From Squalus acanthias (Eukaryota), in assembly GCA_030390025.1 (NCBI GenBank), contig CM059431.1, forward strand, positions 106,828,001 through 106,892,000: a stretch of 64,000 nt of DNA. The letters are read 5' to 3'. A program made the position numbers and the translations under genes. Below, one piece after another: positions 36,151 through 48,762 of the stretch; positions within the stretch are counted from its first letter, which is position 1; each line of letters opens with the position of its first letter. The notes below the pieces were generated by a model. That model ran no database searches. It saw nothing but the letters and a program-made list of their open reading frames with translations, and was not told the DNA's origin.

Positions 36151-38918
36151 ATTATGCTTATTTTACAGCAGGGGCTACTGATTAATCACTAGGTACTTGA
36201 CCCCAACCATTTTATTCCCCTCTGGAGTCTAGGATGCTCAAGCCTATTGGAATGCTCCTTTCACTGTCCTTTATTAAATTATTCAAAGAATTCTTGCAGT
36301 TGTACTGTACCTTTCTCTCATTAATGCAATGTTTTGGTGGAGATGCCACAAGAAGCTTTCTGTTAGTCGAGTACCAGTTTCAGTGAAGTTTAGATGTGCT
36401 GAACTGTTTGAAGAGAAATGATTCAGAAGGAACAGTAGCTTCAGTTTGCAGCTATGGGACGATAAAATGGAGAGAAGTGGACAGTTTTGGATATTTTTTG
36501 TTATTGCATTTGTTAATTGTGTTATTATAGTGGGTGGTGCTTGTGAAATTAGTAATGAGAAGGAATCAGAAGTAGTGCTGGGTGAAGTTAAGAGCTCATC
36601 ACTGTCACATATGATGCCTACAGTAACCATGGTTACTTGGCTGTAAATATTCCCATTTGCAATATTAGTTCATGATCCCAGGCAACACTGATCTGGCATA
36701 AATTAAAATAATTAATAATGCTTCTCTTTGAGTTATTATTTCTGTCATATGTGTCAGTGTGGTGTTTGGGTTTAAAAGAGACAAGATGACTTGATAGAAA
36801 AGAATCAGCGTGCATTTCTCTCTCAATCTCTACCTGGCTTTTACTAAGATTTCACAAACATTTTCAAGGAGTCAGATATCAGCTGATTGTTCCATTGATA
36901 CTCACTACATTGGAAAGGAATGGTGAAACCTTCTTGAGTGGCAATACCTTGGCACTAACCTGAATTTACCCCACATCAGCATGATCCAACCTGTTAGATC
37001 TCCACGCCAATGCAGTATGAAGCACATTAATTATCTGTCAGCTGTGGAAGGAAATGCAATCAAAGTGACTAGAACAAATGCTGAACATCTTAAGCCAAAC
37101 GCCCAAGTGGAAGTGGCTTGGCGAGTTGCAGTGAATGGCGAGACATAATGGTAGCCCGCTCCCCCCCTCCCCACAATGGTGATGCGTGTGAAAGGAATGG
37201 CTTGGGCATTGTAGGGATGCTTTATGGTGTTGGTGTGGGGTGCTGCCAACCTGGCGCATCATGTGGCAGCCAGGGTGTGCAGCATCAAGTGAAGTAAATC
37301 TGGCCATGGTGAGGCCATCCCTGGCGTCCCGGGCAGCAATGTGGTCGGGTGCTGATGCCCTGTGTCCTGTGCAGCATCAGTTGATTGCGGAGAAGGTTGG
37401 TGTTGTTGTTGGTGCTGCTGGTGTGCCTGGTGCTGCTGGTGTTGGGGCTGATCGTGGTGGGATTCTGAGGACCAAGGTGAGATAGTTTCAAGGGCACCGA
37501 TGCTGATGTAATAGATGGCAGGTGAATTTGAGATGACAGAAGCGATCTGTCAATGGTGATAGAGGTTGTTCCAATGAGGTGACACTGGATAGAGAGTTTA
37601 CTCCAAACACTTACAACCTGCATAAAGCTCAATCTGTCTTCCAAATGCAGTAAGCAACAGCTTCTGAGCTTGGAAAGTGAACAACTATGAGATGGGAGTT
37701 TTTATAGCACATTTGCAGCTATCAAGTAATGAGATGATTCCATGGCCATTCAACTCCCGAACTGCTTACCTGATGTGATCCCCGAGCAACGTAGACCCCG
37801 TGGGCGACCTGGTAAACTCTGAAGGTGAGCTCAAAATTATTCTTAATGGGCTTTTAACCAGGTCATAATGACCTGAATTGCCTCACCTGCCACTGCGTGT
37901 CGGGTCTGCTCAGCGTTGACAGACCCGACATTTGGGAAAGGTGCGTGGCTGAGGGTTTGACAGTGGGGTCCCGACCCACAGTCAAAACAAAAAATTTCCC
38001 ACCCAACCCGCCACCGATCGCGCCCGCTGACCCCCCGAAGAATTCCCCCCATGGTTTCTTGGTGGAGTGGTAGAAACCTGCGAACCCCGGCCTACAGAAA
38101 GTAGGCCACACCAATCTAGCCATTGTGCTATCATCAGCGTGTTGTCGATTGTTTGTTTTACTTTTAGGACATTGCATGTAAGAAGTATGATTGCTATAGC
38201 TTTGCCATCTGTCTGAAACTCCATCTGGTGGCACAACAGTGTTAATACATCAAAACACAAAATGGTTTTATCGCTCAACAGAAACATGCCAGGATCCATG
38301 AATAATTAAATCGGGATTAAGAGCTGTGCTAGAAATTGATATTGTTATTAGATTTGTCACTACAATTAGTTGAGAAAGACAGAGTAAGACTAAGAGAGAG
38401 CGTACATGACTATTGTTAAAAATATTCACATCTATACTATATGATGCACAAATCAAAGGACATATAGTCAAGCTACACTGATTCTGGAACATAAAAGCAT
38501 GTTCCTTCCTTTTAATGTTATTTTCAATTTTCTTTGTGTGATTATGCTGCTGTGAAGCGCCTTGGGACATTTTACTATGTTAAAGGCACTTTAAAAATGT
38601 TGTTGTTGACTGCCTTATCACTGTGTATTGATGGTGAATAAAAATAAAAGTTCAGTTGATCGCACACAAAAAGTGAGACCCTGGTGAAAAGCACAGTAAT
38701 GCTTTGGCTATCCAGGGTCAGTTTGGATCAATTAGTTGTACTCTTGCTCTGAGTCAAAACATTGTGAGTTGAAGGTCCGTGCCAAGACCAGAGCGCATAT
38801 TTTAGATTGACACTCTAGTGCAGTACTGAGGGAGGGTTGTATTGTCAAAGGTGTTGTCCTATTGATGATGTTAAAGTGAGGCCTAACTTGCTTGCTCCAG
38901 TGGTTTGGGTGGACATTG

Positions 38919-39215
38919 ATTCTGGCCTCTTGAGCGTCCCTGATTTTCATCGCTCAACCATTGGTGGCTGTGCCTTCAGCTGCCTCGGCCCTAAGCTCTG
39001 GAATTCCCTTCCTAAACCTCTCCACCTCTCTACCTCTCTTTAACTCCTTTAAGATGCTCCTTAAAACCTACCTCTTTGACCAAACTTTTGGTCACCTGCC
39101 TTAATATTTCCTTATGTGGCTCGGTGTCAAATTTTGTTTTATAATCGCTCCTGTGCAGCGCCTTGGGATGTTTTACTACATTAAAGGCGCTGTATAAATA
39201 CACGTTGTTGTTGTT
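38919..39215 (+). mobile_element. L2-type LINE 3' fragment
   Basis: Similar to 7236-7610; ends in a (ttg)n tail. Confidence 0.8.
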
Positions 39216-41190
39216 GATGATGATCCCATGGTACTATTTAAAGAGCAGGACGTTTTCTTGGCCAACACGTTAGCTAGTCCTTTATCTACTGCCATTTGAA
39301 GGATATTGCTGTTACACTTGCCCACATAACAACAGTCACTATAATTCAGTGTAAAAGAAGCACTCTGAGACATTTCTGAGAGACACGATAAGGGACTCTG
39401 TAAAAGCAAGTCTGACTTTTCTTTCAATGCCCAATGGGAGTCTGCGCTGGCAAGAGTTCCAAAAAAAAATTCAGTGCGTTCAGAGTGTATTATTGCTAAT
39501 TCATATTCCCACTTGAACAACCAATCGCAGACTACTATTTGAATTATGTAGTGAAGTAAAACCCATATTGAACGATGGTACCTGGAAAGAGAAATTCAGT
39601 ATGCTAAGCAGGATTTCCATCGAGCTTACATTCCTCGGAGGATGGAATTCCACTTGAATCATATTCCACTTCAGGCAAGTGGTGAGAATGAGATAGTTAA
39701 TAGGTGGATAATTTTTTGTAATCTAGCATCTCATGGGGAAGGCATGATAGGAAAGCGTAATTGCCCCAGCGTTAACTGAGGCTGATGGGGGGTTGGGTTA
39801 AAAGGGTTAATCTGGGCTTCAGAGCATTAATTATTAAACTATATCCCAAATACATTTCAGACTGTGTAAGTAATTTAGCCCTTAGTACTTACATTCAAAG
39901 CTGTTGTTCAGATTCATTAGAGAGCTCATCGCAACACATACACTTGATATTAATCTGAGTTTTACTCTTTCAGCATGGAGTAGATTTTTAACTGTACGTC
40001 CACAGATTTTAAGGATAGAGACCATTGTAAGCAGCAGTAATACTTCTTTTAGGGATGTATTCCCAGTTAATGAACCTAAATGCTAAGACTAATTGATGTT
40101 ATGGCTTGGCAATTATGATGCAAATAGGTGCAGTGTGTTGGGCAGGCACTGACATGTACCCTTACATTGTTGTTTTGTGGAGACCATGCTGTGCTTGTCT
40201 ACAGAGGATCGCGTGGTGTTAAAAATAGACAACTTACTGGGGGATTCACTGCAACGCTCGACCTGATATGCTTGAACTCTTGGTGGAATTCCTGTTTAGT
40301 GGACTGAATAATTCAAAGGTATATGCACCTGGAAAATCTAGGAGAATGATTTGGTAGAAAAAGAGAGAATAATGGTTACCTGGGGATGAGTTATAAGACT
40401 CATGACACAAAACATGAAAAGAAACCGTAAGTGGTTTCTGACCATCATCGGAACTCTGATTAGATTACAGCCCTTTATTTAGAGTCTATGGAATCAGCAT
40501 GTAAAAAGACTGGTGCAGCCATTCCACAGGATGACCAGGATATTTGTAACACTATTGTCTGGAGATGCCAAAAACTCGAATAAATAAGGTTGCTATAGTG
40601 ACCGAGAAGAAGTGGGCTGATCGTGAGTTCTTGCGCTGCCAGGTGCTGTATGTCCCAGAGCTGGGGTTTGAGCTGCGATTGGCTCCTGCGCCTTACACCG
40701 CTCAGAGTTCCATGGCCAGGAGTCTTGTGGTTGGGGAACTCCGTCCCACCATTGCAGGGCGGCAGGCATGGAATGTTCCGGAAAACACCATGACTAATGG
40801 CAGCATCAACAGATATGCACCGATATACTCTGCAGTGCTGGCCTTCCCCAATTTACTCATCACTGTGGGTGAACGGAAAGTGAAACTGGAAGCCATGAAA
40901 TTAATAAAAGGAAGGAGATAAAACGGGCGCTTGGCTGAAGTTAAACTGGAGGCAACATGACTGCAGGTCGGCGCAGGAGTAGTTGGGTGTGGGGGGGTTG
41001 AGAAGTGGCTGTCTTTGTTGATTTTGTTTACTGTAGTGTTGTGGTTATATTTTCTTTAAATTTAAGTCTGGCTGGAGTGCAATGCAAGGCCCAAGAAGTA
41101 GGCCGAAAATGGATATGCCAGCAAGCACGGGGCCTTGTTTGGGATGAAACCTCAGCTCGGCCCAAGCAAGGTTGCCTGCATCAGAGGGTG

Positions 41191-41853
41191 TCATAGAGTC
41201 ATAACGGCACAGAAGGAGGCCATTCGGCCCATCGAGTCCATGCCGGCTCTCTGCAGAGCAATCCAGTCAGTCCCATTCCCCCGCTCTATCCCCGTAGCCC
41301 TGCAAGTTTATTTCCCTCAAGTGCCTATCCAGTCTCCCCTTGAAAACATTTGAGTGTCTCCGCTTCCACCACTTCCGTCGGCAGCGAATTCCAGGTCATC
41401 ACCACTCGCTGTGTAAAAAAGTTTTCCCTCACATCCCCCCTGTATCTCTTCCCCAAAGTCTTAAATCTGTGTCCCCTAGTCCTTGTGCCATCAACTAGTG
41501 GGAACAGCCTTTCCTCGTCTAGCCTATCCAAACCCCTCATAATCTTGTACACCTCTATCAAATCACCCCACAACCTCCTTTGCTCTAATGAAAACAAATC
41601 CAGCTTCTCCAACCTGTCCTTGTAGCCAAGATTCCCCATCCCCGGAACCATTCTGGTAAATCTCCTCTGCACCCTCTCAAGGGCCTTCCCATCCTTCCTA
41701 AAGTGTGGTGACCAGAACTGGACGCAATACTCCAGTTGTGGCCTAACCAGCACTTTATAAAGGTTCAGCATAACTTCTCTACTTTTGTACTCAATACCTC
41801 TATTTATGAAGCCCAAGATCCCATATGCTTTGTTAATCACTTTCTCAATATGC
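41191..41853 (-). mobile_element. CR1 LINE 3' fragment, well preserved
   Basis: ORF 41325-41840: LYKVLVRPQLEYCVQFWSP...LERVQRRFTRMVPG...FFTQRVV. Confidence 0.92.
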
Positions 41854-42364
41854 CTGACGGGGAGGAGTGAACTCCCATCCCCGGAGTTTCCTCAGCCCAT
41901 GACTGGTAGAGGTTCCCAGCGGGCACATGCCGGCACTTTCTGCGGGATGTGGGACCCTCAGATTATCAGCCACTGCATGTCTCACTTCAACTAGCCTGTC
42001 CCTCTGAAGCTTTGTGGGGTTTGTGAGAGGGGACTTGTACAGGTTTCTAGGAAGGGGTTTCAGAGCGCTTGATATTTTCTCAGTTCCAAGCGGAGTCAGG
42101 CACTCTGACTGATATCTGTCCCACAGATCCTTACTCCACCTTTGAAAGAATGGCGTTTTGCCATATTCAGGGGCTGCATCTTCTTGTTGTGACCACTGAG
42201 AATTGTGCTGGTTTGTGCACCTCAGGCAGGCCTTCCATCCCTGTGGACAAGCAAAGCAGACAGATTTTTTTTGAGTGTCAATGGTGACAGTGGGTGCAAA
42301 TGGTAGAGACCTTTGTTAACAGTGAAAATTCATCTTTTAGGGATGTTTTCCCAGTTGATGAACC

Positions 42365-42961
42365 CAAACGCAGATTGGGTGACCGCTTTGCGGACACCTC
42401 CGTTCAGTCTGCAAGCGTAACCCCGAGCTTCTGATCGCCTGTCACTTTAATTCTTCGCTCCACTCCCACTCCGACCTCTCTGTCCTCGGCCTCCTAAACT
42501 GTTCCAGTGACGCTCAATGTAAGCTCGAGGAACAGCACCTCATCTTTTGATTAGGCACTCTACAGCCTTCTGGACTCAACATTGAGTTCAACAATTTCAG
42601 ACCATAACATCTGCCCCTATTTTTTCACATGGCAGCTGTTGATTCTGCCATTCCCATTTCCACCTCTTCTAGACTCATCTTTTGTTTCTTCACTTGCCCC
42701 ATAATCATCTCCTTTTGCCTTGCACCATCATACCTTCTGTCATTTAATCTCTCCTGTCTTCCATCCTATCACAGAGCCTTCCTTTTGTTCTTTCCTCCCA
42801 TTGTCCCTTTCCCAGCCTCTGCACTTGCTTAAAAACTGTTCTATCTCTTAACTTTTTCCAGTTCTGATGAAGGGTCATTGATCTGAAACGTGAACTCTGT
42901 TTCTCTCTCCACAGATGTTGCCTGACCTGCTGAGTATTTCCAGCATTTTCTGTTTTTATTT
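42365..42961 (+). mobile_element. Penelope-like element 3' fragment with hammerhead core at about 42859-42897
   Basis: Homologous to the reverse complement of 8925-9570; contains ctgatga-agggtcattgatct-gaaac. Confidence 0.85.
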
Positions 42962-43074
42962 GTGACAGTTAGCAGGTTAGACCACTGTCCGTGTGCTCTA
43001 TGACATTGGCATATGCTGTTCACAAGTGAGTGTCCATACCTTGTAACATCTACAGAAGAGATACCAGACCTCAA

Positions 43075-43610
43075 TAGCTGGATTATTGTGTCCAGTTCTA
43101 GGCACTGCCCTTTAGGAAGGATGTCAAGGCTTTGGAAAGGTTGCAGAGGAGATCTACCAAAATGGTATCAGGGAGGAAGGACTTCAGTTATGTGGAGAGA
43201 TTAGTGAAGCTGGGAAGGTTAGAGCAGAGAAGGTTAAGGGGAAATTTAATAGAGGTGTTCAAAATTGATAGAGTAAATAAGGAGAAACTGTTTCCACTGG
43301 CAGGAGGGTTGGTAACCAGAGGACACAGATTTAAGATAATTAGCAAAAGAACTAGAGGGGAGACGAGGATTTTTTTTTTTACCGCAGCGAGTTTTTATGT
43401 TCTGGAATGAGCTGCCTGAAAGGTTGGTGGAAGCAGATACAATAGTTACTTTCAAAAGGGAATTGGATATATACTTGAAAAGGAAATGTTTGCAGGGCTA
43501 TGGGGAAAGTGCAGGGGCGTAGGACTAATTGGAGAGCTCTTTCAAAGAGCTGGTACAGGCACGATGGGTCAAATAGCCTCCTTCTGGGCTGTATACGTCT
43601 ATGATTCTAT
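43075..43610 (+). mobile_element. CR1 LINE 3' fragment
   Basis: LEQRRLRGNLIEVFKI...TRGHRFKI motif; attctat tail. Confidence 0.85.
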
Positions 43611-44165
43611 AAGAATATCGGTTGTAAGTTAATATACTGGGGATCATTATTATCATTTTGTTGAATATCTGTTTTTATCAAGTTGAAGAATGTCAGTCCT
43701 GAGAAAAGGAACCTGTTTTCGCTCTCAGCATTAGCATCAAAGACTCCCAGATTGGGTGTAACACAATTCAGAACAAAGTTCCCTCTACTCAGCTCCAGTG
43801 ATGTGCCTCAACTCCCTTCAGAAGAACATTCCCCCGTTGCCCCAGTGTTCTCAAATCAGACTTCCTTGTGTGTGCCAATTGATGTGGCACTGTATGTAGC
43901 TTTATATTGTTGACTTGCCTCTGCAAGAAGCTGGGTTGAGAATGCACAAGATTATTTCACTTATAGGCAGCAGAGAGAGGAGTCTTTCATGATAGGCGTG
44001 AAAGGAAAAAGTACTATCCTGCTGTACCATCCAGTTTATAGTAAATATTATTACTGAATTTGCAGGCATTTTACTGAAATACTGATGTAGATTGTTAGTT
44101 ATACATAATGATAATTCAACCATCTGCCCTTAATAAGGATGATACCAGAACTGAGAATGTATAAC

Positions 44166-44602
44166 TGAACAGGCTGGGTCTCTTTTCTCTTGAAAAAAAG
44201 AAGGCTGAGGGGTGACCTAATAGAGGTCTGTAAAATTATGAAAAATTTTGATAGAGTGGATACAGAGAGAATGTTTCCACTTGTGGGGAAGAGCATAACT
44301 AGAGGCCATCAATATAAGATAGTCACCAAGAAATCCAACAGGGAATTCAGAAGAAACTTCATTACCCAGAGAGTGGTGAGAATGTGGAACTCGCTACCAC
44401 AGGGAGTAGTTGAAGCGAATAGTATAGATGCATTTAAGGGGAGGCTGGAGAAGCATATGAGGGAAAAGGGAATAGAGGGTTATGCTGATAGATTTCGATG
44501 AGGAAAGACGGGAGGAGGCTCGAGTGGAGCATAAAGGCTGGCATGGACTGGTTGGGCCGAATAGCCTGTTTCTGTGCCGTATATCCTATGTAATCCTATG
44601 TA
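44166..44602 (+). mobile_element. CR1 LINE 3' fragment
   Basis: ORF 44190-44501: RRLRGDLIEV...TQRVVRMWNSLP; atcctatgta tail repeat. Confidence 0.9.
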
Positions 44603-44949
44603 GGACTACAGTCCAAAACTGAGTGAAATGCAACTTAACTATAGCTGCCAAAACCATCAAAAAACAAGTTGGACACAGTGATCCATTGCGATCATTGCTT
44701 TATTTAACTACAATTGGAAGATATGATCAATGCCATTGTAATGTTAAGTGTCAGAGATTACAATAAAGGTATCTTGACTCTTAGCCTCAATTATCAGGAA
44801 CTAAATCATCAGGAGCAAAATGATAACTTGATTGTGAGCTTCGCAGTATCTTAGCATTAGCTGAGCTTTGCTTAGTAATAATGGCCTTGAAATGTCCTGG
44901 TCAGCAATCCTGACTGTTGCATCGGGATTGGATGATAAAACATCAAAAG

Positions 44950-45298
44950 CAATTTACATTTATATAGCGCCTTTAACATCATAAAACATCCCAAGGCGCT
45001 TCACAGGAGCGTTAGCAAACAAAATTTGACACCGAGCCACATAAGGAGATATTAGGACAGGTGACTAAAAGCTTGGTAAAGTGGTAGGTTTTAAGGAGCG
45101 TCTTAAAGGAGGAGAGAGAGGCGGAGAGGCAGAGAGGTTTAGGGAGGGAATTCCAGAGCATAGGGCTCAGGCAGCTGAAGGCACGGCCACCAATGGTGGA
45201 GCATTGAAAATCGGAAATGTGCAAGAGGCCAGAATTGGAGGAGCGCAGAGATCTCGGAGGGTTGTAGGGCTGGAGGAGGTTACAGAGACAGGGAGGGG
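44950..45298 (-). mobile_element. L2-type LINE 3' fragment
   Basis: Similar to 13386-13770. Confidence 0.8.
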
Positions 45299-45361
45299 TG
45301 CCCACCAGCACTGATCCCGCTCAAGTTTATGGGGGGTTACTAGAATAATATTCAATTTAAA

Positions 45362-45653
45362 AGACTAGGGGACACAGATTTAAGGATTTGGGCAAGAGAT
45401 ACAGGGGGGATGTGAGGAAAAACTTTTTTACACAGCGAGTGGTGATGACCTGGAATTCGCTGCCGACGGAAGTGGTGGAAGCGGAGACACTCAATGTTTT
45501 CAAGGGGAGACTGGATAGGCACTTGAGGGAAATTATCTTGCAGGGCTACGGGGATAGAGCGGAGGAATGGGACTGACTGGATTGCTCTACAAAGAGCCGG
45601 CACGGACTTGATGGGCCGAATGGTCTCCTTCTGTGCCGTTATGACTCTATGAC
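45362..45653 (+). mobile_element. CR1 LINE 3' fragment, close inverted relative of 41191-41480
   Basis: GKRYRGDVRKNFFTQRVVMTWNSLPTEVVEAETL is nearly identical in the two copies. Confidence 0.9.
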
Positions 45654-46089
45654 CTTAGTTATCATGATAGACATGGAGAGATGGATCTTTTTACTCTCGA
45701 AAAGTGTAGAGTTCAGGGTGATTTAATTTAAGTCTGTGTTCTACAGACTATTTGCACTAGATAGCTTATGGAAAATGAAGGGGGTGTCATGCATATAAAC
45801 TTTGTAAGTATAGAACTAGGTGGATGTCGGGAGATTTTTCTTTACGCAGTGGGTTATCGACGCTTGGAACCAGTTGCTGGCTTATGTGGTGAGTTTAGAT
45901 TGACTGCAACAGTTCAAGAGGAGCTGAACGAATTCCTTCCTGTGGCTAATAATGCAGCGTACAAAACTAGTGTGGGATGTTGGGTACATACCTCATGGTC
46001 ATAGTGATCCCCTGAATTTGTTCTGATCATTTTAGTGAGATATCTTCAATTCTTCCAAACTGAGTACTTTTTAATGACCTAGGAACAGA

Positions 46090-47170
46090 GGAACATAGAA
46101 ACATAGGAGCAGGAGTAGGCTATTCGGGCCTTCGAGCCTGCTCCGCCATTCAATATGATCATGGCTGATCCTCTATCTCAATACCATATTCCCGCTCTCT
46201 CCCCATACCCCTTGATGCCTTTTGTGTCTAGATATCTATCTATCTCCTTCTTAAATATATTCAGTGACTTGGTCTCCACAGCCTTCTGTGGTAGAGAATT
46301 CTACAGGTTCACCACCCTCTGAGTGAAGAAATTTCTCCTCATCTCAATCCTAAATGTCCTACCCCATATCCTGAGACTGTGACCCCTCGTTCTAGACCCC
46401 CAGCCAGGGGAAACATCTTCCCTGCATCCAGTCTGTCTAGCCCTGTCAGAATTTTATACGTTTCAATGAGAACCCCTCTCATTCTTCTAAACTCTAGTGA
46501 ATACAGGCCTAGTCGACCCAATCTCTCCTCATACGACAGCCCTGCCATCCCAGGAATCAGTCTGGTGAACCTTCGCTGCACTCCCTCTATGGCAAACATA
46601 GGAACAGGAGGAGGCCATTCAATCCCTCAAGCCTGTTGCACCATTCAATTAGATCATGACTAATCTGTATCTTAACTCCATCTACCCGCCTTGGTTCCGT
46701 AACCCTTAATATTCTTGCCTAACAAAAATCTATGAATCTCAGTTTTGAAATTTTAATTGACCCCCCCAGCCTCAACAGCCTTTTTGGGAGCGAGAGTTCC
46801 AGATTTCCACTACCCTTTGTGTGAAGAAGTGCTTCCTGACATCACCCCTGAACAGTCTAGCTCTAATTTTAAGGTTATAAACTCTTGTTCTGGACTCCCC
46901 CACCAGAGGAAATAGTTTCTCTCTATCTACCCGATCAAATCCTTTAATCACCTTCAACACCTCAATCTTCTATACTCAAGGGAATACAAGCCTAGCCTAT
47001 GCAACCTGTCCTCATAGTTTAGCCCTTTTAGCCACGGTATCGTTCTGGTGAATCTGCGCTGCACCCCCTCCAAGGCCAATATATCCTTCCTGAGGAGCGG
47101 AGCCCAGAACTGAACGCAGCACTCTAAATGGGGTCTAACCAGAGCTTTATATAACTGCAACATAACTTCC
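46090..47170 (-). mobile_element. Two adjacent CR1 3' fragments (46090-46595 and 46596-47170)
   Basis: EGVQRRFTRLIPG...SLEFRRMRG and LYKALVRPHLE...GLNYEDRLHRLGLYSLE motifs; each has its own tail. Confidence 0.88.
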
Positions 47171-47489
47171 GTTTTTTGTGCAGAACTATTGCTTTATTTC
47201 ATGGAATTAAAAGAAACATGTGTTATTTATTGCTAATGTTTTATATTTGATTTAAGTTGGAAGAGCATTGCAGGGATGCTGATAACCCTTTACTTTTATA
47301 TAATCGGAAATACTAAAATTGTTTATTTATTTGACAGTTTTATTCGATTATTTTGAGTAAATAGTTCCTTTATACCAATCCCTTTCCAGTGCCTTTTTTT
47401 GTTCGCTTCCATGCCTCTTGTCCATTCAAATTTCATATATAGATTAAAAACCTGCAATGTGCTAACTCTATGTCCTCCTCTCTGTGCAG

Positions 47490-47562
47490 CTCCTACAGCT
47501 TCTGGAATGTTCTGTCACATGTGCTTCTCTTAAGTCTTGCTTTCATTAAGACATCACTGTAG
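47490..47562 (+). CDS. Candidate terminal coding exon: (S)SYSFWNVLSHVLLLSLAFIKTSL*
   Basis: Branch-like gctaac, pyrimidine tract and tgcag acceptor; start phase complements 4986-5023 (AG+C = Ser); hydrophobic tail then TAG; AATAAA about 235 nt downstream. Confidence 0.55.
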
Positions 47563-47795
47563 AAGGGATCTTGGCCTCCGCTACTTGAAAGATAGATCTT
47601 GCATTCTCCAACAAAATGTTGCAGCTGCAATCTTGTTTTTCCTTCTAAGTGTTTGTTCAAATCAACGTGGTTGTGATATTGGAGCACGGAGCAATTTCTG
47701 GTAATTGCTCCACGATGAATTATAATGCTTAAATAATGATTATATATTGTACATTCTGTCATAAGTGGAAAAAACATCTTTAGTCTGCAGGCAAA

Positions 47796-47801
47796 AATAA
47801 A
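47796..47801 (+). terminator. Candidate polyadenylation signal AATAAA
   Basis: Lies downstream of the candidate stop codon and is followed by GT-rich cttggtgaattgtgattg. Confidence 0.4.
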
Positions 47802-48311
47802 ATCTTGGTGAATTGTGATTGATAATGCTTACGGCGTGAAGTGCCTTGAAATACTGGAATGCAGGCCAACTAGAGTTAATACAATCTACGTACCAATAAT
47901 TAGCCAAATTGTTGTTTTTAGTTTACTGGCAGTAAGCATTTACCGTACTGATAAACACATATGTGGAGTGGCACTAACTGCGGAAAACACCCTTAACCCT
48001 TAAAATGCTAATTTCCTGTTGCTAGTAAGTGGGTGACAATGTCATTGATAATCCTGAAACAGGGCACTATAGCTTTAAAATTATTGTTTGCAATATTAGC
48101 ATCCTAATGGGCATAAGCATTGCTTTGTCCCTAATTGCAGCTGAGGTGTTATCTCACTGTTTTAATTGGGTTGATGCTTTCATCAAGTTAGCAGAGAAAG
48201 GGAATGTCATGGAAACACATTAAACATTTGTACATTAATATCAAAAACAATCATTTCTAGGTTCATCACTTAAAAACAGCACCACCTGCAGCCGCGCGAT
48301 GATACTTGGGC

Positions 48312-48762
48312 GAAAAGGGTTAAATTATGAGGACAGGCTGCATAGACTAGGCTTGTATTCCCTTGAGTATGGAAGATTAAGGTGTGATCCAATTGAGGTG
48401 TTTAAGATGATTAAAGGAGTTGATAGGGTAGATCGAGAGAAACTATTTCCTCTGGTGGGGGGCAGCTCAGAACAAGGGGGCATAACCTTAAAATTAGAGT
48501 CAGGCCGTTCAGGGGTGATGTCAGGAAGCACTTCTTCACACAAAGGAGTAGTGGAAATCTGGAACTCTCTCTCCCAAAAAGCTGTTGAAGCTGGGGGTCA
48601 ATTGAAAATTTCAAAACTGAGATTGATGGATTTTTGTGAGGCAAGAGTATTAAGGGTTACAGAACTAAGGTGTGTAGATGAAGTTAAGATACAGATCAGC
48701 AATGATCTAATTGAATGGAGGAACAGGCTTGAGGGGCTGAATGCCTCATGTTCCTGTGTTCC
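48312..48762 (+). mobile_element. CR1 LINE 3' fragment
   Basis: KGLNYEDRLHRLGLYSLEY...EVFKMIKG; same subfamily as 46596-47170 and 60212-60652. Confidence 0.88.

Noticed and set aside
35615..36181. His/Thr-rich ORFs
   Set aside because: Translations of a CA-rich microsatellite
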